This document shows, one piece after another, positions 39,294 to 49,781 of a DNA stretch of 64,000 nucleotides. This stretch comes from Nitrospinaceae bacterium (lineage in GTDB: Bacteria; Nitrospinota; Nitrospinia; Nitrospinales; Nitrospinaceae), in contig OZ245011.1 in the NCBI GenBank assembly GCA_965223665.1, positions 3,616,001 to 3,680,000 of the forward strand, given 5' to 3'. Made by a program: the position numbers and the translations under genes. Within the stretch, counting starts at the first letter, position 1. Each line of letters opens with the position of its first letter. The notes beneath the pieces were generated by a model that saw nothing but the letters and a program-made list of their open reading frames with translations, made no database searches and was not told the DNA's origin.

Positions 39294-40148
39294 TTAACCG
39301 CCCAATAAAGTTAATACCGATTGTGGTGTTAAATTAGATTGACTTACCATTGCAGCACCGCTTTGAACCAAGATTTGATTTTTAGTTAAATCTGTTATTT
39401 CTTCTGCTAAGTCTGCGTCGCGGATAGTTGATTCTGCTGCCGTTAAATTTTCAATTGAAATATTCAAGTTATTCAGTGCTCGAACTAATCCTTGTTGAGC
39501 AGCACCCACCCTTGCTCGAACTGAAATTAACTCTTCAATGGCCATTGAAAGATTTTCCATAGCATTTAGGGCACCTGAAACTGTTGAAATGGAATCAGAG
39601 CCATAACCTAATTGCGAAGCAGTTGTTGGCGTTAAATCTAACTCTTGGTTTAAATTGATTCGGTTATCATTTGCTGAACTGGTTCCAACCTGAAGAACAA
39701 TTTGTTCAGGTGCATTAGCTGCTAAAGAACCATTAAGTAGCTTCTGTCCATTGAACTCTGTAGTTCTTGCAATTCGATCGAACTCGGTCCTTAAAGATGT
39801 GAATTCAAGATTGATAGTTTCTCTTTCAACTTGGCCAATGGTTCCGGTGGCTGCTTGAGAGGCCAACTCCCGAAGCCGAATCATGATTGCCCCTTGTTCA
39901 CCCATGGCTCCTTCGGCAGCGTTGATCATAGAAATTCCGTCATTCAGGTTGCGGGCACCTTGTCTAAGAGTACGGGTATCTGCGCGGAGAGATTCTGTAA
40001 TAGCTAGCCCGGCGGCATCATCTGCGGCTTTTTGAATACGAATTCCCGAAGCAACTCGGGAAATAGAGTTGCCCAGCCTTTGATTATTTAGATCTAACAC
40101 TCTTTGAGAATTGAGTGAAGATAGGTTAGTGAAAATTCTTAATGCCAT
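39294..40148 (-). CDS. fliC: flagellin (divergent copy)
   Basis: SGIRIQKAADDAAGLAI...RELASQAA...TEFNG...IRDADLAEE. Confidence 0.95.
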   Translation of the reverse strand: MALRIFTNLSSLNSQRVLDLNNQRLGNSISRVASGIRIQKAADDAAGLAITESLRADTRTLRQGARNLNDGISMINAAEGAMGEQGAIMIRLRELASQAATGTIGQVERETINLEFTSLRTEFDRIARTTEFNGQKLLNGSLAANAPEQIVLQVGTSSANDNRINLNQELDLTPTTASQLGYGSDSISTVSGALNAMENLSMAIEELISVRARVGAAQQGLVRALNNLNISIENLTAAESTIRDADLAEEITDLTKNQILVQSGAAMVSQSNLTPQSVLTLLGG

Positions 40149-40197
40149 ACGACTTTTCCTCCTTGAATCAGGAATTAGATCGAAAAAGTATTACGAT

Positions 40198-40222
40198 CTT
40201 GTTTAGCATCCTTGCTAAATTC
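40198..40222 (-). promoter_or_regulatory. CsrA-type binding hairpin in the flagellin leader
   Basis: TTTAGC-AAGGAT-GCTAAA stem-loop with GGA in the loop, upstream of an AAGGAGG RBS. Confidence 0.6.
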
Positions 40223-40246
40223 CTGCGCGTGTATGCGCTTCGTCGT

Positions 40247-41119
40247 TTACTGTAGTAATTGCAACACGGTTTGTGGAATCAAGTTAGCCTGTCCCACCAT
40301 AGCGGTTGCTGCTTCAACTAAAATTTGATTTCGTGTCAATAATGCTACTTCTTCAGCGATATCTGCATCCCTAATGGCAGATTCAGCGGCTGAAAGATTT
40401 TCAACAGAAATTGAAAGATTTGCAATGGTGCGGACCAATCTATTTTGAACCGCCCCAACTTTACCTCTTCCTTGAGTAACTACGCCAATAGCAGAATTCA
40501 TAGAGTCCAGCGCTGTCAAAGCTGCGGCTGCAGTGGTGACTGCGAGATTAACAATTCCTAATGATGATGCAGTTACTGCTTGTAAATTTACTTCAGAATT
40601 TAGATCAATGCGACTGTCTTGAGAACTGTCGATACCAATTTGGATTAATATTCGGTCACCGCCATTTGAGTTTAAACCGCCTGGTCCTGAACCCAATGAG
40701 CCATCAACCAATTTTTGACCATTAAACTCAGTAGTATTGGCAATTCGGTCAATTTCTGTCCGCAGCGCATCAAACTCCAGTTGGATTGTGGCCCGTTCTG
40801 TAGATCCAACGGTACCAGTTGCCGCTTGCGAAGCCAGCTCACGTAGTCGGATTAAAATTCCCGATTGCTCGTTCAGGGCTCCTTCAGCAACATTGATCAG
40901 AGAAATACCATCGTTGGCATTTCGGATGGCTTGCCTAAGCGCCCGTATATCTGAGCGCAACGATTCAGAAATGGCTAAACCAGCTGCATCGTCTGCACCT
41001 CGATTAATCCTAATACCAGACGCAATCCGTTCAACGGATTGGGCCAGTCGGTCATTATTGATACCTAGGATTCTTTGCGCGTTAAGCGAAGGTATGTTAT
41101 TGAAGATTCTAATTGGCAT
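40247..41119 (-). CDS. fliC: flagellin
   Basis: Canonical N- and C-terminal flagellin domains. Confidence 0.95.
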   Translation of the reverse strand: MPIRIFNNIPSLNAQRILGINNDRLAQSVERIASGIRINRGADDAAGLAISESLRSDIRALRQAIRNANDGISLINVAEGALNEQSGILIRLRELASQAATGTVGSTERATIQLEFDALRTEIDRIANTTEFNGQKLVDGSLGSGPGGLNSNGGDRILIQIGIDSSQDSRIDLNSEVNLQAVTASSLGIVNLAVTTAAAALTALDSMNSAIGVVTQGRGKVGAVQNRLVRTIANLSISVENLSAAESAIRDADIAEEVALLTRNQILVEAATAMVGQANLIPQTVLQLLQ

Positions 41120-41279
41120 TACTTATCCTCCGTGATAATTGAAAAGAATCATCTTTTCTTTATTTCAGCTTCCCTGCTGAACATTTCCCTAAACAAGAAC
41201 TAGGCTGCTCTTTTTAGGATTTTAACAAAAACCAGATTTGCTAATAGGTTAGCGAATCCCGTTGTTGTTCATGGTATCT

Positions 41280-41307
41280 CTATCGGGATTTAAAAAATTT
41301 TCCTTTA
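41280..41307 (-). promoter_or_regulatory. sigma-28 (FliA) promoter
   Basis: TAAA-N16-CCCGATAG. Confidence 0.6.
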
Positions 41308-41423
41308 CAACTTTTTTTATTTTTGGGTATTTTTATTGAGAATAATGGAAGGAATTGGGATGAAGCGAAAGTAGCTTTTGGGAATCTTAGGTTAAATTAA
41401 AGGAAGAAAAACTCTAAAGAAGT

Positions 41424-41473
41424 TACTCCGGAAAGTAACCTAACTTGAATAAGATTAAATTACTTCCGGAGTA
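41424..41473. repeat. inverted repeat downstream of flagellin
   Basis: TACTCCGGAAAGTAA...TTACTTCCGGAGTA. Confidence 0.55.
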
Positions 41474-41515
41474 TATTATTTCCTTCCTTACTGAAAACCA
41501 GAATAAAATTTTGGT

Positions 41516-42373
41516 TTATCCGAGTAATGAAAGCACTGATTGTGGGATTAAGTTAGCTTGTCCCGCCATAGAAACCGAAGATTCTACCAAGATTTGGTTT
41601 CGGGTTAATAAGGCAACTTCCTCAGCAATGTCCGCGTCACGAATCGCTGATTCTGCAGCCTGTAAGTTCTCAACTGAAATTCCCAAGTTGGAAACGGTCC
41701 GTACCAATCGGTTCTGTGCGGCACCGATTTTACCTCGACCTTGAGTTACAACTGATATTGCGGAGTTGATGGAATCCAACGCCGTTAATGCAGCTGCAGC
41801 AGAGGTAACTGAAAGTGTATCAATGCCTAGAGAAGTTTGGGTGATTGATTGAAGATTCACCTCGGTATTGAGATTAATACGGCTATTTGCAGTACTATCG
41901 ATACCGACTTGAATCAAAATATGGTTAGCTGCAGATGCAGTGGATGCTAAAGATCCATCAACCAATTTTTGACCATTAAACTCGGTAGTGTTTGCAATAC
42001 GATCGATTTCATTTCTCAAAGCTGAGAATTCTAATTGAATCGTTTGACGTTCAGTAGAACCAACGGTACCTGTTGCTGCTTGAGAAGCTAGTTCTCTTAA
42101 ACGAATAAGAATACCTGCTTGCTCGTTAAGTGCTCCTTCAGTAACATTGATTAATGAAATACCGTCATTTGCGTTTCGAACCGCTTGACGAAGTGCTCGA
42201 ATGTCTGACCGCAAACCTTCAGAAATTGCCAAGCCTGCTGCATCATCTGCACCGCGGTTAATTCTGATACCAGAAGCAATCCGTTCAACGGATTTTGCTA
42301 GCCGGTCATTGTTAATGCCCAATAGTCTTTGAGCATTAAGCGAGGGAATGTTATTAAAGATTCGAACTGGCAT
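41516..42373 (-). CDS. fliC: flagellin
   Basis: Canonical flagellin domains. Confidence 0.95.
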   Translation of the reverse strand: MPVRIFNNIPSLNAQRLLGINNDRLAKSVERIASGIRINRGADDAAGLAISEGLRSDIRALRQAVRNANDGISLINVTEGALNEQAGILIRLRELASQAATGTVGSTERQTIQLEFSALRNEIDRIANTTEFNGQKLVDGSLASTASAANHILIQVGIDSTANSRINLNTEVNLQSITQTSLGIDTLSVTSAAAALTALDSINSAISVVTQGRGKIGAAQNRLVRTVSNLGISVENLQAAESAIRDADIAEEVALLTRNQILVESSVSMAGQANLIPQSVLSLLG

Positions 42374-42560
42374 TTCCTATCCTCCTTGATGATTTGTGTT
42401 TGCAAACTGGCCTCCCAACCGTTGTCGCAAACTACAGGATTAAAATACTCCGGGTTAGAGCCTCCTATTGCTCGTTCCGGTAAAGATGTTTTCTCAAACA
42501 CCTCCCAAATAAAAATTATTAATGTAAAAAATTCTTTGGATAAACCAAAGGCCACTCTGC

Positions 42561-42587
42561 TTATCGGAGGACTACTTTTGAACTTTA
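42561..42587 (-). promoter_or_regulatory. sigma-28 (FliA) promoter
   Basis: TAAA-N15-TCCGATAA. Confidence 0.75.
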
Positions 42588-42797
42588 GGGGGAATAATTT
42601 AAATTAAGATATCGTGAGGGGACTTGTCTATTTAGTACCTCAAAAACAATCCATTTTAGTTTCGAATAATTTTGAGGTTAAATTTTAAAAAGTTGGTGCA
42701 AATAGGTTTACTCTTTCTTTATTTACACTATTAATGAAAAAGTTTTGTGAAAAAATATAGTAAGGTTGGGAGAGATTAATATTAAGACCTTTCACCA

Positions 42798-42845
42798 CTT
42801 TGGGATTTCCAATTAATCTTTAAAATTAAATGGAAATTCCCAAAG
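42798..42845. repeat. inverted repeat downstream of flagellin
   Basis: CTTTGGGATTTCCA...TGGAAATTCCCAAAG. Confidence 0.5.
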
Positions 42846-42922
42846 CTAAGGACTTTAAAAAGACCTTAAAATGAAAGGCGGTGTTCAATCCCCAAAAATC
42901 TTGGGAACAAGCTATTCCAAGC

Positions 42923-43771
42923 TTAACCTAACAATTGTAATACGGACTGCGGGATCAAATTAGATTGGCCCACTGCTGCAGTTGCCGTTTCTACTAAAAT
43001 TTGGTTTCTTGTTAACAGTGCAACTTCTTCAGCTATATCAGCATCACGAATAGCTGATTCAGCGGCTTGTAAGTTTTCAACAGATACTCCAAGACTTGAA
43101 ATTGACCGTACCAATCTATTTTGAACCGCCCCAATTTTACCTCGTCCTTGGGTCACCACAGCAATTGCTGAGTTTATAGAATCCAAAGCAGTTAAGGCTG
43201 CTGCTGCAGAGGTAACGGAAAGTGCATCAATTCCTAAGGAAGTTTGGGTGATAGATTGAAGATTAACTTCAGTATTTAAATTAATTCTACTATTTGCAGA
43301 GCTGTCGATTCCAATTTGAATTGAAATTTGAGTTCCAGAAGATGCTAGAGATCCGTCTACTAATTTCTGGCCATTAAATTCAGTGGTAGCTGCAATACGA
43401 TCAATCTCGTTTCTGAGTGCGGAGAACTCTAATTGAATTGTTTGTCGTTCGGTTGAACCAACAGTACCTGTTGCTGCTTGAGAGGCTAACTCACGAAGAC
43501 GAATAAGGATACCAGATTGTTCATTAAGAGCACCTTCCGCAACATTGATTAAGGAAATTCCATCGTTTCCATTTCGGATTCCCTGTCTGAGAGCGCGGAT
43601 GTCGGACCGTAGTCCTTCAGAGATTGCCAAACCTGCGGCATCATCTGCTCCACGGTTAATTCTAATACCCGAAGCAATCCGTTCCACGGATTGTGCAAGT
43701 CTGTCATTGTTGATGCCTAAAATTCTTTGGGAATTTAATGAGGCAATATTATTAAAGATTCGAACTGCCAT
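42923..43771 (-). CDS. fliC: flagellin
   Basis: Canonical flagellin domains. Confidence 0.95.
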   Translation of the reverse strand: MAVRIFNNIASLNSQRILGINNDRLAQSVERIASGIRINRGADDAAGLAISEGLRSDIRALRQGIRNGNDGISLINVAEGALNEQSGILIRLRELASQAATGTVGSTERQTIQLEFSALRNEIDRIAATTEFNGQKLVDGSLASSGTQISIQIGIDSSANSRINLNTEVNLQSITQTSLGIDALSVTSAAAALTALDSINSAIAVVTQGRGKIGAVQNRLVRSISSLGVSVENLQAAESAIRDADIAEEVALLTRNQILVETATAAVGQSNLIPQSVLQLLG

Positions 43772-43971
43772 TTCCTAATCCTCCACCAAGAGTTGGAATG
43801 TTTTTAATATTATTTAATCGGTTATGATTCCGTTTTGAGCTTTATTTTAGAAACGTCTTTATTACCTCCTTGTGGTTTATTTAGATAATCCTTTTCTAAA
43901 TTTGTTTAGACATTCTCATTTCTGCGTTCAACAATTGAAATGTCTTTTGGGTATACATTGGCTCATGTTCT

Positions 43972-43998
43972 TTATCGGCAAGAAGACTTAGAACTTTA
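43972..43998 (-). promoter_or_regulatory. sigma-28 (FliA) promoter
   Basis: Consensus TAAA-N15-GCCGATAA. Confidence 0.85.
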
Positions 43999-44025
43999 GG
44001 AATTATTTAAAAAAAATTCAAAAAA

Positions 44026-44763
44026 TTATTTTCGCCAATCTTTTTGTTGAACATGAAGGTTATGAGAGGCAATTTCAGGATGAAGGCTAAGAAAATAAAT
44101 GACTTTTTCCAAGTCGACGATGGATTCAGGCTCGCTATAAAATTTTCCATATAACATTGCGATGAGTTCGAAATCTTTTTCAGTGTCTACTGTCAATCGT
44201 AAATTTATGTTCCTTAGATACCAGGGGGCAGGGATGTTTGAAATTGAAAACTTCTTAGGGTGATCTTGAAACCAGGTGGTTACATGCTCTCTATATTTAT
44301 TTTCTTTAGTTTGGCTCATTATTTTTTTTAAAGCATTTAAGCGAACCATTTCTGTGCCTGTTCCAAGAGGGATAATATCAGGAGTTATTGTATAATCGGC
44401 CTTATCTTTTAGGTGGGTTTGTGCTAATTCTTTTATCAATTCCAAATCTATCAACGGATTATCTCCACATACTCTGAGGGCATGGTCAGTATCAACCGAA
44501 TCACCTGCAAGAACAAATCTTTTGAGAACATCATTTTCGGGCCCTTGAAAATAATTCACATTTGAATTAACTGCTAATTCAATTAACTTTTGTTCTTTTG
44601 TTCCTTCAGGGATTGCCAATACTATTTTGTCAAAAATATCCGTTTTTTTAATTCGATTAATGATATGCTCCAACATCGGGAGGCCCTCTAAAAGTTTTAG
44701 GGATTTTCCCGGTAACCGTTCTGAACCAGTTCGTGATTGAATTATAGCGGCTATTTTTTCCAT
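44026..44763 (-). CDS. SpsF-like cytidylyltransferase
   Basis: IIQSRTGSERLPGK, G.ENDVL.RF, RVCGDNPLID, REHVT, RLTVDT..D. Confidence 0.85.
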   Translation of the reverse strand: MEKIAAIIQSRTGSERLPGKSLKLLEGLPMLEHIINRIKKTDIFDKIVLAIPEGTKEQKLIELAVNSNVNYFQGPENDVLKRFVLAGDSVDTDHALRVCGDNPLIDLELIKELAQTHLKDKADYTITPDIIPLGTGTEMVRLNALKKIMSQTKENKYREHVTTWFQDHPKKFSISNIPAPWYLRNINLRLTVDTEKDFELIAMLYGKFYSEPESIVDLEKVIYFLSLHPEIASHNLHVQQKDWRK

Positions 44764-44819
44764 ATCTTCTCCTTTCCCAAATTCATTATAATTGGGGTTT
44801 ACACTGGGGAAAAATAATT

Positions 44820-45752
44820 ATGAAAAAAATAAATCATCTCATAAAACCTCAAAAACTCCATCCGGGAGATGCCGTAGGTGTGATTGCCCCTTCCGGGCCC
44901 GTAAATTCGGAAGAATTAAGGAAAGGTTTATTAGTATTGGAAAAGATGGGGTTTAAACCCCTTGTTGGAAAATATGTTCATGAAAAAAATCATTTTATAG
45001 CTGGTACGGATGAACAAAGAGCTAAAGATGTAATGGATATGTTTGAGAATCCTGATATTAAAGCAATTTTTTGTGCTCGCGGTGGTTATGGTGTTAATAG
45101 AATCCTCCCCCTGTTGAATAGCAAAGTTATACGAAAAAATCCAAAGCCTCTTGTAGGTTCAAGTGATATTACTCTTCTACTAATTTTTCTTTTACAAAAA
45201 TGTTCGATGGTTTCTTTCCATGGGCCTATGGTTGCAGCCAACTTTGGAAACTTTCAAATGCGTCATTCCAAAAAACATTTTCAGAAATTGTTGATGGAAC
45301 CAGATAATGTTTTGATATCCTGGCCTAAGGCAAAAAATTTAAAATCAGGCAAAGCTGAAGGTCCATTGGTAGGGGGTTGTTTGACATTACTTTGCAGATC
45401 TTTAAAGACCCCTTATGAAATTAAAACTGAAGGATCCATTTTATTTATAGAGGATGTAAATGAGCCCGATTATAAAATTGATGGAATGCTTTGGCATTTG
45501 AAGACCGCGGGAAAGTTTCGTAATGTTAAGGGGATTATTTTTGGAGAAATGGTGAACTGTGGTTCTAAAGGAAAGGGAACCAAAAAATTAAGCTCCTTAT
45601 TTCAGGAGTTTTTTATAAATGAAAAACTTCCCATATTAACCGACTGTCCTATTGGTCACGGGTCCGAAATTTGGACACTTCCTATGGGAAGCCGGGCTGA
45701 ACTTGATTCTGATAAAAAGATAATTACTCTCACGGAACCTGCTTTAATCTAA
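44820..45752 (+). CDS. LD-carboxypeptidase (S66)
   Basis: ARGGYG, GSSDIT, HGP, GGCL, FIEDVNE, IGH. Confidence 0.9.
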   Translation: MKKINHLIKPQKLHPGDAVGVIAPSGPVNSEELRKGLLVLEKMGFKPLVGKYVHEKNHFIAGTDEQRAKDVMDMFENPDIKAIFCARGGYGVNRILPLLNSKVIRKNPKPLVGSSDITLLLIFLLQKCSMVSFHGPMVAANFGNFQMRHSKKHFQKLLMEPDNVLISWPKAKNLKSGKAEGPLVGGCLTLLCRSLKTPYEIKTEGSILFIEDVNEPDYKIDGMLWHLKTAGKFRNVKGIIFGEMVNCGSKGKGTKKLSSLFQEFFINEKLPILTDCPIGHGSEIWTLPMGSRAELDSDKKIITLTEPALI

Positions 45753-45892
45753 ATAATTAGTTATTTTTTTAATATATAGCTTTCCCATTCTGAGTCTCTT
45801 CTAAAAATCACCAATAAAAAGAATAAGTTATTTCGATAAAAATGATTTTAGATAATTATTTGAAGCGAGAATGGCTTTAGATGGAAATTAAG

Positions 45893-45908
45893 TGGCATGA
45901 TACTTGCT
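45893..45908 (+). promoter_or_regulatory. sigma-54 -24/-12 promoter
   Basis: TGGCAT-GATAC-TTGCT (GG-N10-GC). Confidence 0.6.
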
Positions 45909-45976
45909 TTTTGAATACTAAAACTAATTGATAGCGGGTGGCTAAAATACTGTTCCAATAATTTTTGGGGTGCCCA

Positions 45977-46441
45977 ATGGAATATTTTGCAATTTTTTTT
46001 AGTATATTTCTTTTAATTTTGGGTAGTTATTCCTTTATGACTTCTAAAGAAAGGGATAATGCCTTTAAAAAATCTTTGAAATGGCCTTCAGCAAAAGGGC
46101 AAATCCTTTTTTCTGGAACTTGCTTTTTGTACGATTTACCAGACAAGAAAAATAGTGAGTTAACTTTCCCTCAAATATTTTATCGTTATTCAGTTAACGG
46201 TATTTCTTACCGGTCCAATATCCTTCAAATGGAAGGAGCCTCCAATTATACTCAATCTCAAGATATTGATTATTACAAAGTAAAGTATCCCAAAGATGCT
46301 TCTGTTCAGGTTTTTTACAATCCTCAATGTCCAGGAGAAGCTTATATTGAGCCCTCTCAAAATTCTCATTGGATTGATCAGTTGCTAGGAATGTCAATTT
46401 TTATAATTGGCTTTTTAATGGCCTGCAGGTATTACGGTTAA
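45977..46441 (+). CDS. DUF3592-like membrane protein
   Basis: TM-WPSAKG.I...YRYSVNG..Y...V.VFYNP..P.EA-TM. Confidence 0.8.
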   Translation: MEYFAIFFSIFLLILGSYSFMTSKERDNAFKKSLKWPSAKGQILFSGTCFLYDLPDKKNSELTFPQIFYRYSVNGISYRSNILQMEGASNYTQSQDIDYYKVKYPKDASVQVFYNPQCPGEAYIEPSQNSHWIDQLLGMSIFIIGFLMACRYYG

Positions 46442-46551
46442 TTCTTTCTAAATTAAAAATGGATTAAGGTTTAAGTTAAATTAAAACCTTGAATCAAAAA
46501 TTGAATTCAATTGATTCAGAAAAATTAATTTCTTCAATATCCTTAAATTAA

Positions 46552-47577
46552 TTAGAAACCGTACTGTACTGCAAAAATCCATGTGTGATCTTTGTCTTTA
46601 ATGCCTGGGGCCGGTTGAGAATTTTGTTGAAATATATGGGTGAATTTAAAAGACCAATTTTCAGCAAACTGAGAAATCAAGGACGCTTCATTTCGAAGTC
46701 TATATTCTTTGGGGCTTTCGAAATTTGGGTAATAGAGAAAATAATTTGTAAAAAGTAACTGAGTGAAAATTTGGTAAGCTAAATTCACCGCAACCCTGCC
46801 GGATATAAATCGATCATCCATTCCCACTTTTCGATCCTCAGAAAAATAAGTAATACCAAGTTCAATTTCGGCTAAGTTTGCAGCTTGTTTCCAAATTTGA
46901 TAACCCAATCCGGCTCCCACAATAGCACGTAAATTCAGATCCTGAAAATCATCTCTTAATAATTCAACACTTAATACACTATAGATTACCTTTGTAAAAA
47001 AATGATCAAATTTCATGGATCCAAAAGTGTTTCTAGCGGTCATTGCTCCGTTTTGCTCACCATAGTTGTATAAAAATCTAAATGAAAAACGATCACGCTC
47101 CCATTCTCTTTTAGCTTCAGCAGAGACGTTAAAGGTAAACTGGGAGGTGTTTCCTGATTGCAAGGTTCCACCTGAGGCAATAAATCCAGTCCATTTTCCG
47201 GGAGGTTCATTTATAGTTTTTACATTCTTCCAATTTAGACTGACTTTTTCTTTAATGGTCGCCAGCAGGATCCCAAATTGTCCATCTTTTAACATAACCA
47301 GATTTCCGGTAAGAATTGAACCATCGTTTAATTTTATTTTGACTGGTTTTTGAGTTTCGATAAATTTAATTTTTTCGACAGGAATTTTTACAGAATCTGC
47401 AAACCCATTCTTAAACTCCAGTACACCTCCCGCTAACCCCTGTACAGTGCCAAAAAGAACATTACCTTTTCCAAATTCGACCCGATCTGCATAGGAGTAA
47501 ATGGGATTAACAAGAAATAAAGCAAAAGTAACAAGGAATAAAAGGCACGAATAAAAACGTTTGCAATGTTCAATCAC
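46552..47577 (-). CDS. DUF481 (YdiY-like) outer-membrane beta-barrel
   Basis: SGNT, RDDFQDLNLR..VGAGLGY, C-terminal VQYGF. Confidence 0.85.
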   Translation of the reverse strand: MIEHCKRFYSCLLFLVTFALFLVNPIYSYADRVEFGKGNVLFGTVQGLAGGVLEFKNGFADSVKIPVEKIKFIETQKPVKIKLNDGSILTGNLVMLKDGQFGILLATIKEKVSLNWKNVKTINEPPGKWTGFIASGGTLQSGNTSQFTFNVSAEAKREWERDRFSFRFLYNYGEQNGAMTARNTFGSMKFDHFFTKVIYSVLSVELLRDDFQDLNLRAIVGAGLGYQIWKQAANLAEIELGITYFSEDRKVGMDDRFISGRVAVNLAYQIFTQLLFTNYFLYYPNFESPKEYRLRNEASLISQFAENWSFKFTHIFQQNSQPAPGIKDKDHTWIFAVQYGF

Positions 47578-47737
47578 TGTAAAGGTACCTCCTTATTTGA
47601 ATTTAATTGGTTTTTGGAAATTTCAAGATCCAATTGAGGGAATATTGGTAAGACGAAGTTATTTTATAGTAGATATATAATCAAATGAAGTAGTTTTTTT
47701 TAAAAATTTAACATTAGGAAAATAAACCTGAGCCATT

Positions 47738-48571
47738 CTACGTAGTTCTGACAATAATTCCTTTATTTGCTAGATAAGCTTTGGTTTCTGGAATTGTAAA
47801 TTCTTTAAAATGAAAAATTGATGCCGCTAAAACGGCGTCGGCCTTTCCATTAACCAAGGCTTGATAAAGATGATCTAAATTCCCAGCTCCTCCTGAAGCA
47901 ATAATAGGAATATTTGTTGTTTCTGATACCGATTTATTTAGTTGCACATCGAATCCCTCTTTTGTTCCATCTTGGTCCATGCTCGTAAGTAAAATTTCTC
48001 CGGCACCAAATTGTTCCATTAGTTGAGCCCAGGGAATTACTTGAATACCGGTGGGATTTCTCCCGCCATGAGTAAATACTTCCCATGATGAATGGTTAGG
48101 ACGTTCAAATAGTTTGGGGAATTTATTTTTCCATTCCAGGGTAGGCTCAAATAGAGAAGAGTCTTTTTGAACCCTTTTTGCATCAATAGCAACAACAATG
48201 CATTGACTTCCAAATCGTTGCGCTGCCTCTTGGACAAATTGAGGATTGAATACAGCCGCTGTGTTGATGGCAACCTTATCGGCTCCCGCTTTTAATAAAT
48301 TTCTTATATCCTCCAGTGAACGAACTCCACCACCAACAGTCAAAGGCATGAACACTTGCTCAGCTGTCCGAGAGACAACATCTAAAATAATGTCCCTTTT
48401 CTCATGAGATGCTGTTATGTCTAAGAAAGTAAGCTCATCGGCTCCTTCTTTTTCATAAGCAGCAGCAATTTCGACCGGATCTCCTGCATCGCGAAGATTT
48501 ACAAACTTTACCCCTTTAACTACTCGTCCGTCTTTGACATCTAAGCAAGGAATAATTCGTTTAGCCAGCAT
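47738..48571 (-). CDS. hisF: imidazole glycerol phosphate synthase cyclase subunit
   Basis: [41 protein letters not shown]. Confidence 0.97.
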   Translation of the reverse strand: MLAKRIIPCLDVKDGRVVKGVKFVNLRDAGDPVEIAAAYEKEGADELTFLDITASHEKRDIILDVVSRTAEQVFMPLTVGGGVRSLEDIRNLLKAGADKVAINTAAVFNPQFVQEAAQRFGSQCIVVAIDAKRVQKDSSLFEPTLEWKNKFPKLFERPNHSSWEVFTHGGRNPTGIQVIPWAQLMEQFGAGEILLTSMDQDGTKEGFDVQLNKSVSETTNIPIIASGGAGNLDHLYQALVNGKADAVLAASIFHFKEFTIPETKAYLANKGIIVRTT

Positions 48572-49295
48572 GGGGTTTAATCCGTTTTATAGCCTGTCGG
48601 TAATCAATGCGTTTGTCGTATAAGGCTTTACCTACAATTACGCCTTGAATGCCAAGGGATTCAATTTTTTGAAGGGCCTCCAGGTCTTCTAAGCGGCTTA
48701 CTCCTCCGGAAGCAATTACAGGTAAGGTAGTGGATTGGGCAAAGGATTGGATACTTTCCAAATTAGGCCCCTGCATCATTCCATCCCGTCCAATATCTGT
48801 AAAAATAAAACCTGCAACACCAAGGGATTCCATTGACTTTGCAAGATCGGTAGCCTTTTGTTCAGATATTTCAACCCAGCCTTTTATTGCCACATTTCCA
48901 TCACGTGCATCAATCCCTACTATTATTTTATTGGGAAATTTTTCACATGCTTCTTTTACAAAGTTTGGGTTTTGGTGTGCAATGGTTCCCAGGATCACTT
49001 TATAGGCACCGGCATTAATATACCCTGCGATAGTATCCATATTACGAATGCCCCCACCCACTTGAATATCCACCGTACTGTTATAAATAATATTTTTAAT
49101 TAACTCTGCATTCACTGGCTTGCCATCGAATGCCCCATCTAAATCTACCACATGAATGAGTTGAGCCCCCTGTTCATCCCAATAGCAAGCCATGGAAAGG
49201 GGGTCATCTGAATATACTGTTTCTTGATCTGCCTTACCTTGTGTTAGTCGAACACAGCGGCCGTTTTTTATATCCACCGCAGGAATAATTCGCAA
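48561..49295 (-). CDS. hisA: phosphoribosylformimino-AICAR-P isomerase
   Basis: [41 protein letters not shown] start with GGAGGG RBS. Confidence 0.95.
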   Translation of the reverse strand: MRIIPAVDIKNGRCVRLTQGKADQETVYSDDPLSMACYWDEQGAQLIHVVDLDGAFDGKPVNAELIKNIIYNSTVDIQVGGGIRNMDTIAGYINAGAYKVILGTIAHQNPNFVKEACEKFPNKIIVGIDARDGNVAIKGWVEISEQKATDLAKSMESLGVAGFIFTDIGRDGMMQGPNLESIQSFAQSTTLPVIASGGVSRLEDLEALQKIESLGIQGVIVGKALYDKRIDYRQAIKRIKPHAG

Positions 49296-49431
49296 TGTAT
49301 CCCTCCAAATTTGAAATTTTGTCTGGGGATTATAAGTGGAGTGGGGAGTGGGTGTCAATGAGTGTAAAGGGAAACTTCGACTTTATTATTAGAAAACGGG
49401 GTTTTAACTGAGAATTGTTGAAATTTTAAAA

Positions 49432-49602
49432 CTAGGAGAATTTGGATTGTCCCATTTTTTCGAACATTTTAGGATTTTTGTCAGCTAGCTTTTTTGCTCG
49501 TTTTAGATTTTTTCTAACAATGGAGAGATATTCTTTAATAGTTTGACGTTCTTGTGGATTAAATTCTGCCTGGGTTTGATTGTTGGGGGAAATGGTCTTC
49601 AT
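49432..49602 (-). CDS. small basic hypothetical protein (56 aa)
   Basis: AGGAG RBS; possible sigma-28 promoter TAAA-N16-GTCGATAC at 49670-49697. Confidence 0.5.
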   Translation of the reverse strand: MKTISPNNQTQAEFNPQERQTIKEYLSIVRKNLKRAKKLADKNPKMFEKMGQSKFS

Positions 49603-49781
49603 TAGGGAGGCTCCTATCACTATCTCATGGTTTTTTTTGGGATATCAAAGTAACTCTACTTTTCAATTTGTATCGACCAGGCTTTAGGAAAGCTTTATTA
49701 ATTTTTAAGGATTGAAGACTTTAAAAAGTTTAAGGTACAATCAAGAGGTCTTTAAAAAAATGCAAAGGTTTTTATAAAATT

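Noticed and set aside
39294-43771. Flagellin repeats as an assembly artefact or CRISPR-like array
   Set aside because: Copies differ at many synonymous sites and have distinct leaders; no short regularly spaced repeats were seen in the window
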